Assembly (NCBI GenBank): GCA_023424095.1
Contig: JAFAEG010000030.1
Span: 6,674 to 70,673, forward strand
Source: Pseudomonadota bacterium
GTDB lineage: Bacteria > Pseudomonadota > Alphaproteobacteria > Sphingomonadales > Sphingomonadaceae
Direction of reading: 5' to 3'
Length of the DNA stretch: 64,000 nucleotides
Part shown: piece after piece, positions 49,148-59,160 of the stretch
Position numbering within the stretch: position 1 is the stretch's first letter
How the letters are laid out: each line of letters opens with the position of its first letter
The notes under the pieces: generated by a model
Told to the model about the DNA's origin: nothing
Databases searched by the model: none
Seen by the model: only the letters and a program-made list of their open reading frames with translations
Position numbers and translations under genes: made by a program

Positions 49148-50681
49148 CGAGCGCGACTTTTCCCTGGGCTGGACGCGCCGCGTCGCGATCCGGCACCGCA
49201 TTCTCGCGGTCAATATCTTCGCCCTGCTGATCCTCGCCGGGCTGATCTTCTATCTCGACGGCTTTCGCACCCGCCTGACCGAGGCGCAGCTGCTGCAGGC
49301 GCGGACCGAGGCGACGATGGTCGCCCGCGCGCTCGATGCGGCCGCGCCGGAGAACCGCGCCGCCTTGCTGCTGCGCATGGGCCAGGATGCGGGCGCACGG
49401 CTGCGCGTCTACCAGGCGGACGGCACAAGGCTGGCCGACAGTTGGGACGGCGCGCCTCCGACCTACGAAATGCGCGATCCCGAGGAGGAGCCGCTGCTGC
49501 GGCAAGTCGGGCTGGTGATCGACAATATCTTCGACACCGTGGTCGGCGCGTCGCAGCCGCCGCCGCTCGACCCGACGGCGGAAGACCGGCTCGCCACCTG
49601 GCCCGAGGCGCAGGCGGCGCTCACCCGCGGCGAGACGGTCACGGAATTGCGCCGCGCCCCGGAAGGCACCGCCTTCGTTTCCGCGGCGGCGCGGATCGAA
49701 GGCTCGGGCGACGTCCTGCTGCTGACCGTCAACGCGCGGGAGATCCGGCGCGTGGTGCGTTCGGAGCGGCTGGCTTTGGCCATCATCTTCCTGGTGACCC
49801 TGATCCTCTCGGTACTCGTGTCGCGCTATCTGGCCCGCACCATCGCCCGCCCGCTGCGCCGCCTGGCGATGGCAGCGCACCGGGTCAGGCTCGGCCGCGC
49901 CCGCGAAGTCGATGTGCCGCGCTTGCCGGGAAGACGCGACGAAATCGGCCTGCTTGCGCGCGCGCTGCACGACATGACCCATTCGCTGCGCGGCCGAATC
50001 GACGCGACCGAGGCCTTCGCCGCGGACGTGACGCACGAACTGAAGAACCCCCTCGCCTCGCTGCGCTCGGCCGTCGACAGCCTGGAGCGGACCAAGGACC
50101 CGGCCACCCAGAAACAATTGCTCGATATCGTCCGTCATGACGTCAACCGACTGGACCGGCTGGTGGTGGAGATTGCCGAAACCTCGCGGGTCGATGCCGA
50201 ACTCTCCCGCGCCCGCTTCGAACCGGTCGATATCGGCGCGCTGATCGCCTCCATGGTTCCCGCCTGGCAGGACCAGGGCGTGGTCCCCGTGCGGATCGAT
50301 TATGCACCGCCACGCGAAGCCGTGGTCGCGGCGGGCGAGGAATCCCGGCTGGCGCGGATGATCGGCAATCTGGTCGACAATGCTATCTCCTTCTCCCCGG
50401 CCGGCGGCACGGTCCGCATTCGCGTCCTGCGCGAGGAGCGCGAGGTCGTCGTGACGGTGGAGGACGAAGGCCCCGGCGTGCCCGAGGAGATGCGCGCCGC
50501 CATCTTCAATCGCTTCCACAGCGACCGGCCAGAAGAGGAGTTCGGGCGCCATTCCGGCCTGGGCCTCGCCATCGCCCGGGCGATCGCCGAAGGACATGGC
50601 GGCGGCATCAGCGTCGGCGACCGGCCGGACGGGCTGGCCGGCGCCTGGTTCGAGGCGCGCATTCCGCTGGTCCAGTCGTGA
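49134..50681 (+). CDS. chvG: Sensor histidine kinase ChvG
   Basis: TM segment, HAMP domain, H-box [12 protein letters not shown], and an ATPase domain ([16 protein letters not shown]). I infer the start at an in-frame TTG at 49134, because the ORF portion upstream overlaps chvI. Confidence 0.8.
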   Translation: MAKSDERDFSLGWTRRVAIRHRILAVNIFALLILAGLIFYLDGFRTRLTEAQLLQARTEATMVARALDAAAPENRAALLLRMGQDAGARLRVYQADGTRLADSWDGAPPTYEMRDPEEEPLLRQVGLVIDNIFDTVVGASQPPPLDPTAEDRLATWPEAQAALTRGETVTELRRAPEGTAFVSAAARIEGSGDVLLLTVNAREIRRVVRSERLALAIIFLVTLILSVLVSRYLARTIARPLRRLAMAAHRVRLGRAREVDVPRLPGRRDEIGLLARALHDMTHSLRGRIDATEAFAADVTHELKNPLASLRSAVDSLERTKDPATQKQLLDIVRHDVNRLDRLVVEIAETSRVDAELSRARFEPVDIGALIASMVPAWQDQGVVPVRIDYAPPREAVVAAGEESRLARMIGNLVDNAISFSPAGGTVRIRVLREEREVVVTVEDEGPGVPEEMRAAIFNRFHSDRPEEEFGRHSGLGLAIARAIAEGHGGGISVGDRPDGLAGAWFEARIPLVQS

Positions 50682-51115
50682 GTGACGATGGCCCGATCCA
50701 CGCCGGCTGCGTCGCGATCGGCGGACGCGGCATCCTGATCCTCGGCCCGTCGGGCGCCGGCAAATCCGACCTCGCCATTCGCCTCATCGATCGCGGCGCC
50801 ATGCTGGTGAGCGACGATTACACGCAGCTGCGAGTGGACGACGGCCAGCTCATCGCTTCGCCTCCCACGACCATAAAGGGAAAGATCGAGCTGCGCGGCG
50901 TGGGGATCGTCGAGCGGGAGAATCTGGCCGAGGCGCCGGTCGCGCTGGCGATCGACCTTGGCTCGCAGCCGCAGCGCCTGCCCGAACCGGCAAGCGGGAC
51001 ATGGCTGGGACAGACTGTCCCGCTCGTCGCCCTCAACGGCCTTGAGCCGTCAGCGCCGATCAAGGTAGAAGCGGCGCTCGCCTTGCATGGACTGATCCTG
51101 CCTTGCCGAATGTAG
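50678..51115 (+). CDS. hprK: HPr kinase/phosphorylase, short alphaproteobacterial form
   Basis: GILILGPSGAGKSDLAIRLIDRGAMLVSDDYT and ELRGVGIV are present. At 145 aa it lacks the N-terminal domain of long HprK. Confidence 0.85.
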   Translation: MSDDGPIHAGCVAIGGRGILILGPSGAGKSDLAIRLIDRGAMLVSDDYTQLRVDDGQLIASPPTTIKGKIELRGVGIVERENLAEAPVALAIDLGSQPQRLPEPASGTWLGQTVPLVALNGLEPSAPIKVEAALALHGLILPCRM

Positions 51116-52053
51116 CGGAACCCAAACGCGTGCTCCTCGTCACCGGCCTGTCCGGGGCCGGCAAGTCGACGGCGCTGAACACGCTCGAGGATATCGGCTG
51201 GGAGGTAATCGAAAACATCCCATTGTCGCTGCTCAGCCGTCTGCTGGCGACCCCTGCCCCGGCTGGCAGTACCGAAGACCGGCCGATCGCCATCGGTCTG
51301 GACAGCCGCACCCGCGGCTTCGACGCGCAGAAGATCGTTGGCCAGACAAAGGCGCTCACCGAAGAGCGGGGCTATCAGATCGAAACGCTCTTTCTGGAAT
51401 GCTCCGGCGCCGAATTGCAGCGCCGTTACTCGGAAACCCGCCGCCGCCATCCTCTGGCCACCGATCGTCCGGCCATGGACGGGATCTCCGCCGAGCGCGA
51501 GATGATGGCGACGTTGCGGCGTTGGGCCGACCATGTCATCGACACGACCGACACCGACACGAACGGCTTGCGCCAGCAGATTCGCCGGCGGTTCGGGGAA
51601 GCGCATGCGCCGACGCTGAGCATCCAGTCGTTCGGCTTCGCGCGCGGTTTGCCCCGCAATGCCGACCTCGTGTTCGACATGCGCTTCCTTCAGAACCCGC
51701 ATTGGCAGGTCGATCTGCGGCCGCTGACTGGTCTCGACGAGCCGGTCGCGCGGCACGTCGCGGCCGATCCCGCTTATGCCGACGCGGTCGGCAAGATCGA
51801 GGATCTGCTGATCACCCTGCTCCCGCGTTATCGGGCCGAGGGGAAATCCTATGTCACCGTGGCGTTCGGCTGCACCGGCGGACGGCATCGTTCGGTCCAC
51901 GTCGCTCAACGCGTCGCGGCACGGTTGCGCGACGCCGGATTTTCGCCCACGGTCGAACATCGCGATCTCGCCCTGCCGTCACGTGACGATGTGGAGGGCG
52001 GGTCTGGGCGGCCGACAGGGGAAACGGCCAGGGCGGCAATCCAAGGTGTTTGA
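51103..52053 (+). CDS. rapZ: RNase adapter protein RapZ (YhbJ family P-loop ATPase)
   Basis: Contains LLVTGLSGAGKSTALNTLEDIGWEVIENIP and a C-terminal GCTGGRHRSV motif. Confidence 0.88.
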   Translation: MPNVAEPKRVLLVTGLSGAGKSTALNTLEDIGWEVIENIPLSLLSRLLATPAPAGSTEDRPIAIGLDSRTRGFDAQKIVGQTKALTEERGYQIETLFLECSGAELQRRYSETRRRHPLATDRPAMDGISAEREMMATLRRWADHVIDTTDTDTNGLRQQIRRRFGEAHAPTLSIQSFGFARGLPRNADLVFDMRFLQNPHWQVDLRPLTGLDEPVARHVAADPAYADAVGKIEDLLITLLPRYRAEGKSYVTVAFGCTGGRHRSVHVAQRVAARLRDAGFSPTVEHRDLALPSRDDVEGGSGRPTGETARAAIQGV

Positions 52054-52461
52054 ATGATCGGGTTGGTGTTGGTGACGCACGGCGCGCTTGCGCGTGAATT
52101 CATCGTTGCGATGGAACATGTGGTGGGGCCGCAGGATCGGATCGTGCCGGTCTGCATCGGCCCCGACGACGACATGGAAGAGAAACGCGAGGATATCGCC
52201 AAGGCGATCGCCGAGGTCGATGACGGCAATGGCGTCATCATCCTGACCGATCTGTTCGGCGGCACGCCGTCGAACCTCGCCATCAGCCTGATGAAGAGCG
52301 AGGATATCGAGGTGATTGCCGGCATCAACCTGCCGATGCTGATCCGACTGGAAGGCGCGCGCAAGACGATGGACGTCCGCGCCGCCGTCGCCGCGGCGCG
52401 GGAGGCCGGACGGAAATATATCTCCGTCGCCTCCGAAGTGCTCGGGGAGTCAGCCGTTTGA
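52054..52461 (+). CDS. PTS EIIA component, mannose family
   Basis: MIGLVLVTHGALAREF (phospho-His region) and LTDLFGGTPSN. Confidence 0.85.
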   Translation: MIGLVLVTHGALAREFIVAMEHVVGPQDRIVPVCIGPDDDMEEKREDIAKAIAEVDDGNGVIILTDLFGGTPSNLAISLMKSEDIEVIAGINLPMLIRLEGARKTMDVRAAVAAAREAGRKYISVASEVLGESAV

Positions 52462-52730
52462 GCGGGGTCAGCCGCACCGTCGCGGTGACCAACAAGCGCG
52501 GCCTGCATGCGCGGGCCAGCGCGAAGTTCGTCACCCTGGCTGCCTCGCTGCCGGCGACGGTCGAGGTGGAGAAGGACGGCGCCAAGGTGGTCGGCACCTC
52601 GATCATGGGCCTGATGATGCTGGGCGCGGCAATGGGCGACACGATCACGATCAGCGCCTCGGGCGAAGGCGCCGACGCGGCCGTGGCGGCGCTGAGCGAG
52701 CTGGTCGAAGCCCGCTTCCACGAGGAATAG
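52458..52730 (+). CDS. ptsH: HPr-family phosphocarrier protein
   Basis: 90 aa, with NKRGLHARASAKF (His-15 region) and GTSIMGLMMLG (Ser-46 region). Confidence 0.88.
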   Translation: MSGVSRTVAVTNKRGLHARASAKFVTLAASLPATVEVEKDGAKVVGTSIMGLMMLGAAMGDTITISASGEGADAAVAALSELVEARFHEE

Positions 52731-52737
52731 AGCCGCC

Positions 52738-53541
52738 GTGCCGCGGCAGATCACCGCTTTTTCCAACCCGCTGGTCAAGCAGGTCCGGGGCCTTCGCGAG
52801 AAGAAGAACCGGCGCGCGGACGGGCAGTTCGTCGCCGAGGGGCTGCGCATCCTGACCGAGGCGCGGGAGATGGGCCGGCTGCCGCAGATCCTGTTCTTTG
52901 CCGAAGGCACGCGCCATCCCCTGCTCGACGCCCTGATCGCGGCGACCGAAGCCGCCGGCGGCGACGTGGTCGAGACCAATGCCGACATCCTCGGCAAGCT
53001 GACGTCGAAGGACAATCCGCAGACTGCGGTGGGCGTCTATCCCCTGCCCGCCACCGATCTGGCCGGGATCGACCGCGCCGCCGCGCCATTGTGGATCGTC
53101 GCCCAGGCCCTGCGCGATCCGGGCAATATCGGCACGATCCTGCGTACCGGCGATGCGGTCGGCGCGGGCGGGCTGATCCTGATCGACGATTGCGCCGATC
53201 CCTTCTCCCTGGAGTCGGTCCGCGCCTCGATGGGGGCGATCTTTACGCAAGCGATTGCAGCGGCGCGTTGGGACGACTTCCTGCTCTGGCTTCGGTCGGG
53301 TCCCGCCCAATTGCTCGGCACCAGCCTCCAGACCGAGATCGACTATCAGGCGCCGGCTTATGCCAAGCCCTGTTTCATCCTGGTCGGCAACGAGCAGGCC
53401 GGATTGCCGGAGGCTTACGAAGCCGAGTGCGATCTGCTGGTGAAGATGCCGATGGCCGGCAAGGCCGACAGCCTCAACGCGGCGGTGGCGACGGCGGTGA
53501 TGGCCTATGAGGTCATCAATCAATGGCGGCGTGCGGCCTAG
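52738..53541 (+). CDS. TrmH/SpoU family RNA 2'-O-methyltransferase
   Basis: Contains DPGNIGTILRTGDAVGA, LVGNEQAGL and SLNAAVATAV motifs. Confidence 0.85.
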   Translation: MPRQITAFSNPLVKQVRGLREKKNRRADGQFVAEGLRILTEAREMGRLPQILFFAEGTRHPLLDALIAATEAAGGDVVETNADILGKLTSKDNPQTAVGVYPLPATDLAGIDRAAAPLWIVAQALRDPGNIGTILRTGDAVGAGGLILIDDCADPFSLESVRASMGAIFTQAIAAARWDDFLLWLRSGPAQLLGTSLQTEIDYQAPAYAKPCFILVGNEQAGLPEAYEAECDLLVKMPMAGKADSLNAAVATAVMAYEVINQWRRAA

Positions 53542-53604
53542 GCCGGAATAGCACTGGCTGGAACGGCGAGCGCTTGCCGTGCATTGTCGCCAGGGAGGTG
53601 AGCC

Positions 53605-54336
53605 ATGAATGCATTTGTCCGATCGCGTGCCATTGCGGGCGCAGCGACATCCCTTCTGCTGCTGTCGATTCCCGGCTGCGCCTACCCACCCAATGGAGGC
53701 CCGACGCCGCCGGCGGCCGAGTCCGGGCCCAGCCATTATCGCGCGCTCGGCACCGAGCCGTTCTGGGCGGTGGCGATCCGGGACGGGCGGATGGTCTACC
53801 AGGATCCGGAAATGCAGCCGCTGACGGTGACGGATTTCCGCTATCGGAGGACGGCGACCGGCCATCGCTATGAGAGCGCGCGGCTTACGCTGGACATTGC
53901 GCGGGGAGAGTGCAGCGACGGCATGAGCGAGAACACCTATCCCGATACGGTCCGGGTCACGATCGACGGGCGCGCGATGGAGGGCTGCGGCGGCGCCCTG
54001 ACCCCGCCCGAGGCGCTGGCCGGAAGCCAATGGCGGATCGTCGACATCAATGGCGAGGACGTGTCGGGCCAGGAGAATTACAGCCTCTCCTTCGATGGCG
54101 CGCGGCTGAGCGGCCGGGCCGGCTGCAACAGCCTGAGCGGACCGTATCAGGCGCAAGACATGCGGCTCGCCGCAGGGGCGATTGCCGCAACGCGGATGGC
54201 CTGCCCGGGGCCGCGCATGCAGCATGAGCGCTTCGTGCTCGACCTGCTGCGCAACCCGGTGAGCGTGTGGATGGACGGCGACGCGCTGACCCTGTCGGGC
54301 GAGACCGGCTTCATCCGGCTGCGGCGGACCAGCTGA
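53605..54336 (+). CDS. Lipoprotein with C-terminal META (HslJ-like) domain
   Basis: Lipobox LLLLSIPGCA and a C-terminal WRIVDINGEDV..LSGRAGCNSLSGPY typical of the META domain. Confidence 0.7.
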   Translation: MNAFVRSRAIAGAATSLLLLSIPGCAYPPNGGPTPPAAESGPSHYRALGTEPFWAVAIRDGRMVYQDPEMQPLTVTDFRYRRTATGHRYESARLTLDIARGECSDGMSENTYPDTVRVTIDGRAMEGCGGALTPPEALAGSQWRIVDINGEDVSGQENYSLSFDGARLSGRAGCNSLSGPYQAQDMRLAAGAIAATRMACPGPRMQHERFVLDLLRNPVSVWMDGDALTLSGETGFIRLRRTS

Positions 54337-54342
54337 GGCGAC

Positions 54343-55854
54343 TTATTCGGCAGCGTCCGCCAGATCATCGGCGGCGCTGCCGGCCAGCTTGGTCAGGATC
54401 CGCGGCGACGCCTCCACCACCGGCAACGGCTCGATCTCCTTCGATCCGCTCGCCACCTCCAGCGCCTCGAAGCGCTTGGCCTGGGTCATCACCTGCGTCT
54501 CCAGGCTCCCGACGAAGGCATTATAGGCATTGGTCGCCTGGCCGAGATTGCGCCCGACCCGCTCGACATGCGCACCCATGGTGGCAATGCGCGAGTGCAA
54601 CTCCTTGCCAAGCTTGGCGATTTCGGCGGCCTGCTCAGCCAGATTCTCCTTGCGCCATTCCATCGCCACGGTGCGGGCCAAGCCGATCAGATTGATCGGG
54701 CTCGCCAGCAGCACACGGCGCTCGAACGCCCAGCTCCACAGGTCCGCATCGTCATTCTCCAGCGCGGCGTGGAGGAAATGCTCGCCCGGAATGTACATAA
54801 CGACGAAATCGGCGGCGTCGCCGAACCGCTCCCAATAGCTTTTCGCGCCGAGCTGCTGGACGTGGTTGCGGACGGAGGCGGCGTGGCGCTTCAAATGCGC
54901 GCGGCGCGTATCCTCGTCCTCTGCCTCGTTGGCGTCGAGATAGGCGTTCAGCGAGCATTTCGCGTCGATCACCAGCCGCCGCCCGCCCGGCAGGCGGATG
55001 ATCACGTCGGGGCGCAGCCGGCCATCTTCCGTGTCCACCGACACTTCGGTCTGGAAATCGGCAAAGGGCGAAAGGCCCGCTTGCTCCAACACATTTTTCA
55101 GGCTGCGTTCGCCCCAGTTGCCGCGCGACTTTGAGCTGCCGCGCAGCACGTTGATCAGATTGCGAGCCTCGTCGCGGACCTGGGTGTGGCCTTGGTGAAG
55201 CAATTGCACCGCCGCCTGCAGCTCGCCGTAGCTGGAATTGCGCGCCTTCTCGATCTGGTCGAGCTTTTCGTCATAGCGTTTCAGCGTGCTTTCAACCGGT
55301 TGCAGGAGAGACTTCAATTTCTCTTCGGACTGCTTCTCGGCATGGCCGAAGCGTTCGGCGGCCTGCTTCAGGAATTTGTCGTGCGCTCCATCGACCGCTT
55401 TCGACGCCAATTCGGCGAAGCGGGACTCGACCTTGGTCTCCAGTTCGCGAAGCTGGCCAAGTTGCGCCTCATGCGCCTGCTGCCGCTCCGCCTCGCCGCG
55501 CTCATAGGCGGCCTTGGCCTGGGCCAGCGCTTCCTTTTCCGCGCGCAGCTCCTGAAGCTCCCGGTCCAGCGCAATCGCGCGGTCGGCGACCGGGCGCAGG
55601 CCGGCGGCCTCGCGATCAAGCCGGTCGCGCTCCTCGCGCACGCCGTCCAGGGTGATGCGCAGGGCGTCCGCGACTTCCGCGGCCTTCGCCGACACCGCCT
55701 GCGCCATCTCCGCCTCACCGCAGCGGGTGCGTAGCGTCTCGGCCTCGCTCTTCAGGCCCGCTGTCTGGCGCGACGCCACGACCCAGCCGAAAATGAGGCC
55801 GAGCACGAGTGCGCCGATGGCGAGAATCACGACGACGATCGGGTCCATGCCCAC
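54343..55854 (-). CDS. rmuC: DNA recombination protein RmuC
   Basis: N-terminal TM segment, a long coiled coil and a C-terminal nuclease-like domain (RPDVIIRLPGGRRLVIDAKCSL..). Confidence 0.88.
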   Translation of the reverse strand: MGMDPIVVVILAIGALVLGLIFGWVVASRQTAGLKSEAETLRTRCGEAEMAQAVSAKAAEVADALRITLDGVREERDRLDREAAGLRPVADRAIALDRELQELRAEKEALAQAKAAYERGEAERQQAHEAQLGQLRELETKVESRFAELASKAVDGAHDKFLKQAAERFGHAEKQSEEKLKSLLQPVESTLKRYDEKLDQIEKARNSSYGELQAAVQLLHQGHTQVRDEARNLINVLRGSSKSRGNWGERSLKNVLEQAGLSPFADFQTEVSVDTEDGRLRPDVIIRLPGGRRLVIDAKCSLNAYLDANEAEDEDTRRAHLKRHAASVRNHVQQLGAKSYWERFGDAADFVVMYIPGEHFLHAALENDDADLWSWAFERRVLLASPINLIGLARTVAMEWRKENLAEQAAEIAKLGKELHSRIATMGAHVERVGRNLGQATNAYNAFVGSLETQVMTQAKRFEALEVASGSKEIEPLPVVEASPRILTKLAGSAADDLADAAE

Positions 55855-55921
55855 TCCCTATGGAACGAAGCGGGAACCTACGGCAATTTGACCCGGTAGG
55901 AAAGCTGAATCCCTCGGCCGC

Positions 55922-56461
55922 TCAGGCCGCGCGCTTGCCCTGTTCGCGGCGCTGCTTGGTCAGCTTCTTCAGCAGCATCTCGCGCTTCAGGCGAGAGAGG
56001 TGGTCGATGAAGAGGATGCCGTTGAGATGGTCCATCTCGTGCTGCAGGCAGACGGCGAGCAGGCCGTCAATCTCCTCGTCATGCGCCACGCCGTCGCGGT
56101 CGAGCCAGCGGGCGCGGATGCGGTCGGGACGGTCGACCTCGGCATATTGGTCCGGCACCGACAGGCAGCCCTCATTATAGGGGACTTCATTCTCGGATTC
56201 GGCGATGATTTCCGGATTCACGAAGACGCGCGGGTCGCGGACGGGATCACCGCCCTCTTCCTCAGGCTCCTGCAGGTCGATCACCAGCACGCGCTTGGGC
56301 ACGCCAACCTGGATCGCAGCCAGGCCGATGCCGGGGGCGGCGTACATCGTCTCGAACATGTCATCGATCAGCTTGCGCAGATCGTCATCGACCGTTTCCA
56401 CGGGCTGGGAAATCTGCCGCAGACGTGGGTCCGGCACTTCGACGATGGGGAGAATGGCCAT
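55922..56461 (-). CDS. def: Peptide deformylase
   Basis: Contains [17 protein letters not shown] and QHEMDHL motifs. Confidence 0.95.
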   Translation of the reverse strand: MAILPIVEVPDPRLRQISQPVETVDDDLRKLIDDMFETMYAAPGIGLAAIQVGVPKRVLVIDLQEPEEEGGDPVRDPRVFVNPEIIAESENEVPYNEGCLSVPDQYAEVDRPDRIRARWLDRDGVAHDEEIDGLLAVCLQHEMDHLNGILFIDHLSRLKREMLLKKLTKQRREQGKRAA

Positions 56462-56541
56462 GGGGGCAATTTAGGCGCTGGCGGGCGCTGTCGCAAGACG
56501 ACCTTGGGTGGGGGTGCCCGAAGGCAGGAAGAAGAATGGGC

Positions 56542-56674
56542 TCACGCCAAGCCGCAAAGGCGCCAAGGGATCGAGATTCGTTCAGCGCGGAGCGCCGTTA
56601 CCACACTGCTTGAACCATAGAGCGCTTCGCGCGGAGCTTGCTCAGACCTTTGGCGTCTTTGCGGCTTGGCGTGA
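56542..56674. repeat. Second MITE/REP-like inverted-repeat element
   Basis: TCACGCCAAGCCGCAAAGGCGCC... pairs with ...GGCGTCTTTGCGGCTTGGCGTGA. The 18-nt core GCCAAGCCGCAAAGGCGC is identical to 17965-17982. Confidence 0.55.
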
Positions 56675-56684
56675 AACGCCCTTT

Positions 56685-57281
56685 CTAACTCACTGGTCTT
56701 CTGGCTCTGAGCGCCTGGGCAAGTGTGCCCTCGTCGAGATAGTCGAGCTCGCCGCCGACCGGAAGGCCGTGAGCGAGCTGGGTGAGGCGGACCGGGAATT
56801 GCTCCAGCCGGTCGGTGAGATAGTGGGCGGTGGTCTGGCCCTCCAGCGTGGCATTCATCGCCAGCACGACCTCGTCGATGCCGCCGGCGGCGATGCGGTT
56901 GACGAGCCGGTCGATGGACAAATCTTCGGGCCGCACGCCCTCCAGCGCGGAGAGCCGCCCGCCGAGCACGTGGAAACGGCCGGGGAAGAGCCGCGAGCGG
57001 TCGAGTGCCCACAGGTCCGAAACCTCCTCAACCACGCAAAGCAATTTGTCGTCGCGGCGGGGATCAGCGCAGACGCCGCAGGGGTCGCGCGTGTCGACAT
57101 TGCCGCAGATGCCGCAGACGGACAGCCGCTCCGTCACCGCCTGCAGCGCGGCCACCAGCGGGCGCAGCGCCGTCTCGCGCTTCTTGATCAGGTGCAGCAC
57201 CGCCCGGCGGGCCGAACGCGGGCCGAGGCCGGGGAGGCGAGACAAAGCCTGGGTGAGCGCGTCGAGTTCGGCAGAGGACAT
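56685..57281 (-). CDS. recR: Recombination protein RecR
   Basis: Contains [11 protein letters not shown] (HhH), a CGICGNV..CGVC zinc finger and a Toprim region. Confidence 0.95.
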   Translation of the reverse strand: MSSAELDALTQALSRLPGLGPRSARRAVLHLIKKRETALRPLVAALQAVTERLSVCGICGNVDTRDPCGVCADPRRDDKLLCVVEEVSDLWALDRSRLFPGRFHVLGGRLSALEGVRPEDLSIDRLVNRIAAGGIDEVVLAMNATLEGQTTAHYLTDRLEQFPVRLTQLAHGLPVGGELDYLDEGTLAQALRARRPVS

Positions 57282-57472
57282 GGTGGCGATCCGGCCCCGC
57301 TACCGCGCCGATTCGAGGCGCGAGGCCAGCGAAAGGTGCTGAAGGTTCACACCCCCAGGGACAAAAATCGGGCTGGGCTTTTCGGACCGGGTCATGCGCC
57401 CTTTTGACATAGTGAACCTCTGTAGGACAGCAATGGATGACAGGCTCGCCGCGGCTCCGCTACAGCCCACAC

Positions 57473-58405
57473 ATGCGCATTGCCTTCATGGGAACGCCGG
57501 ACTTCGCGGTGCCGACGCTCGATGCCCTGCTGGAAGCGGGGCACGAGGTCGTGGCCGTCTATACGCAGCCGCCGCGGCCGGGCGGGCGGCGCGGCAAGGA
57601 ATTGACCCCCTCCCCCGTGCACAAGCGCGCCGAGGCGATGGGGATCGAGGTGCGGGCACCGGTGCGGCTGCGCGGTGAGGAGGAGCAAGCGGCGTTCGCG
57701 GCGCTGGACCTCGATGTGGCGGTGGTCGCCGCTTATGGCCTGATCCTGCCGGAGCCGATACTGAACGCGCCGCGACATGGCTGTTTGAACGTGCATGGCT
57801 CGCTCCTGCCGCGCTGGCGGGGGGCGGCGCCGGTGCAGCGGGCGATCCTGGCCGGGGACGAGAAGACCGGTGTCTGCATCATGCAGATGGAGAAAGGGCT
57901 GGATACCGGGCCGGTCTTTGCCTGCCGCGAGACGGCGATCGGGAAGAAGACCGCCGGGGAACTCACCGCCGAGCTGGCCGCAATCGGCGCGGCGCTGATG
58001 GTCGAGGTGCTGGATCAGTTTGACGTCATGACGGCGGAGCCGCAGCCTGAAGACGGTGTCACCTACGCGCACAAGATCGAGAAAGCAGAGGCGCGGCTGG
58101 ACTTTGCCCAGAGCGCGAAGGGCGCAGAGCGGCAGGTCCGCGCCTTCGCTCCGGCGCCGGGGGCTTTCTTCGAATTCGCAGGGGAGCGCGTGAAGGTTTT
58201 CGAAGCGCTCGCCTTTCCCGATGGCGGGCTATCGGCAGGCGCAGACCAGCCGCCGCCGGGAACCGTCGTCAATGACGATCTGTGGATCGCCTGCGGACGG
58301 CAATTCCTCGTCCCGCAAACCGTTCAGCGCGCCGGCAAAGGCGTCGTGAAGACGGCGGAAATGCTGCGCGGCTTCCCCATCCCCGCCGGGACAATGCTCG
58401 CGTGA
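57473..58405 (+). CDS. fmt: Methionyl-tRNA formyltransferase
   Basis: Contains [16 protein letters not shown] and [20 protein letters not shown] (SLLP motif). Confidence 0.93.
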   Translation: MRIAFMGTPDFAVPTLDALLEAGHEVVAVYTQPPRPGGRRGKELTPSPVHKRAEAMGIEVRAPVRLRGEEEQAAFAALDLDVAVVAAYGLILPEPILNAPRHGCLNVHGSLLPRWRGAAPVQRAILAGDEKTGVCIMQMEKGLDTGPVFACRETAIGKKTAGELTAELAAIGAALMVEVLDQFDVMTAEPQPEDGVTYAHKIEKAEARLDFAQSAKGAERQVRAFAPAPGAFFEFAGERVKVFEALAFPDGGLSAGADQPPPGTVVNDDLWIACGRQFLVPQTVQRAGKGVVKTAEMLRGFPIPAGTMLA

Positions 58406-59160
58406 CCCGTTTTCGCCTCACCATCGAATATGACGGCCGCGATTATATGGGCTGGCAGCGGCAGGATCATGGCCCGTCGATCCAGCAGGCGATCGAGACG
58501 GCGATTGCGGAGATCGTGCGCCATCCGGTGACGCTGCATGCGGCCGGGCGCACCGATGCGGGCGTCCATGCCTATGCGATGACGGCGCATGTGGACGTAG
58601 AGCGGCCGATCAGCGCGCACCGACTGATGGAGGGCACCAACGCCAAATTGCGGCCGCAGACGATTGCGATCCTGGGCTCTGAGGAGGTGGACGAGGAGTT
58701 TCACGCGCGCTTTTCCTGCATCGGCCGGCGCTACATTTACCGCATCGCCAATCGGCGCGCGCCGCTGGCGCTGGACCAGGGGCGGGCCTGGCGGGTGCCG
58801 GTCACGCTCTACGCAGACGATATGAACAAGGCCGCGCAATATCTTGTCGGGCAACATGATTTCACCACGTTCCGCTCCGTCCACTGCCAGGCGCAGAGCC
58901 CGGTGAAGACGATCGACATGATGGTGGTGCGGCGAGTCGGCGCGATGATCGAGGTGGAGGTCGCGGCGCGCAGCTTCCTGCACCATCAGGTGCGCTCGAT
59001 GGTCGGCTGCCTGGAACTGGTCGGGCGCGGCAAGTGGAGCGCGAAGGATATGAAACGCGCGTTGGAAGCGCGGGATCGCGCCGCCCTTGGCTTCAATGCG
59101 CCGCCAGACGGACTTTATTTTGTCGAGGCGCGCTATTCGGAGCGGCCGAGGAACCTGTGA
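58402..59160 (+). CDS. truA: tRNA pseudouridine(38-40) synthase TruA
   Basis: The GTG at 58402 overlaps the fmt stop. Contains [20 protein letters not shown] and [11 protein letters not shown] (catalytic Asp). Confidence 0.9.
   Translation: MTRFRLTIEYDGRDYMGWQRQDHGPSIQQAIETAIAEIVRHPVTLHAAGRTDAGVHAYAMTAHVDVERPISAHRLMEGTNAKLRPQTIAILGSEEVDEEFHARFSCIGRRYIYRIANRRAPLALDQGRAWRVPVTLYADDMNKAAQYLVGQHDFTTFRSVHCQAQSPVKTIDMMVVRRVGAMIEVEVAARSFLHHQVRSMVGCLELVGRGKWSAKDMKRALEARDRAALGFNAPPDGLYFVEARYSERPRNL

Noticed and set aside
57404-57432. A perfect TTGACA upstream of fmt, considered as a sigma-70 promoter.
   Set aside because: No acceptable -10 hexamer lies at 16-18 nt spacing, so I cannot support a promoter call.
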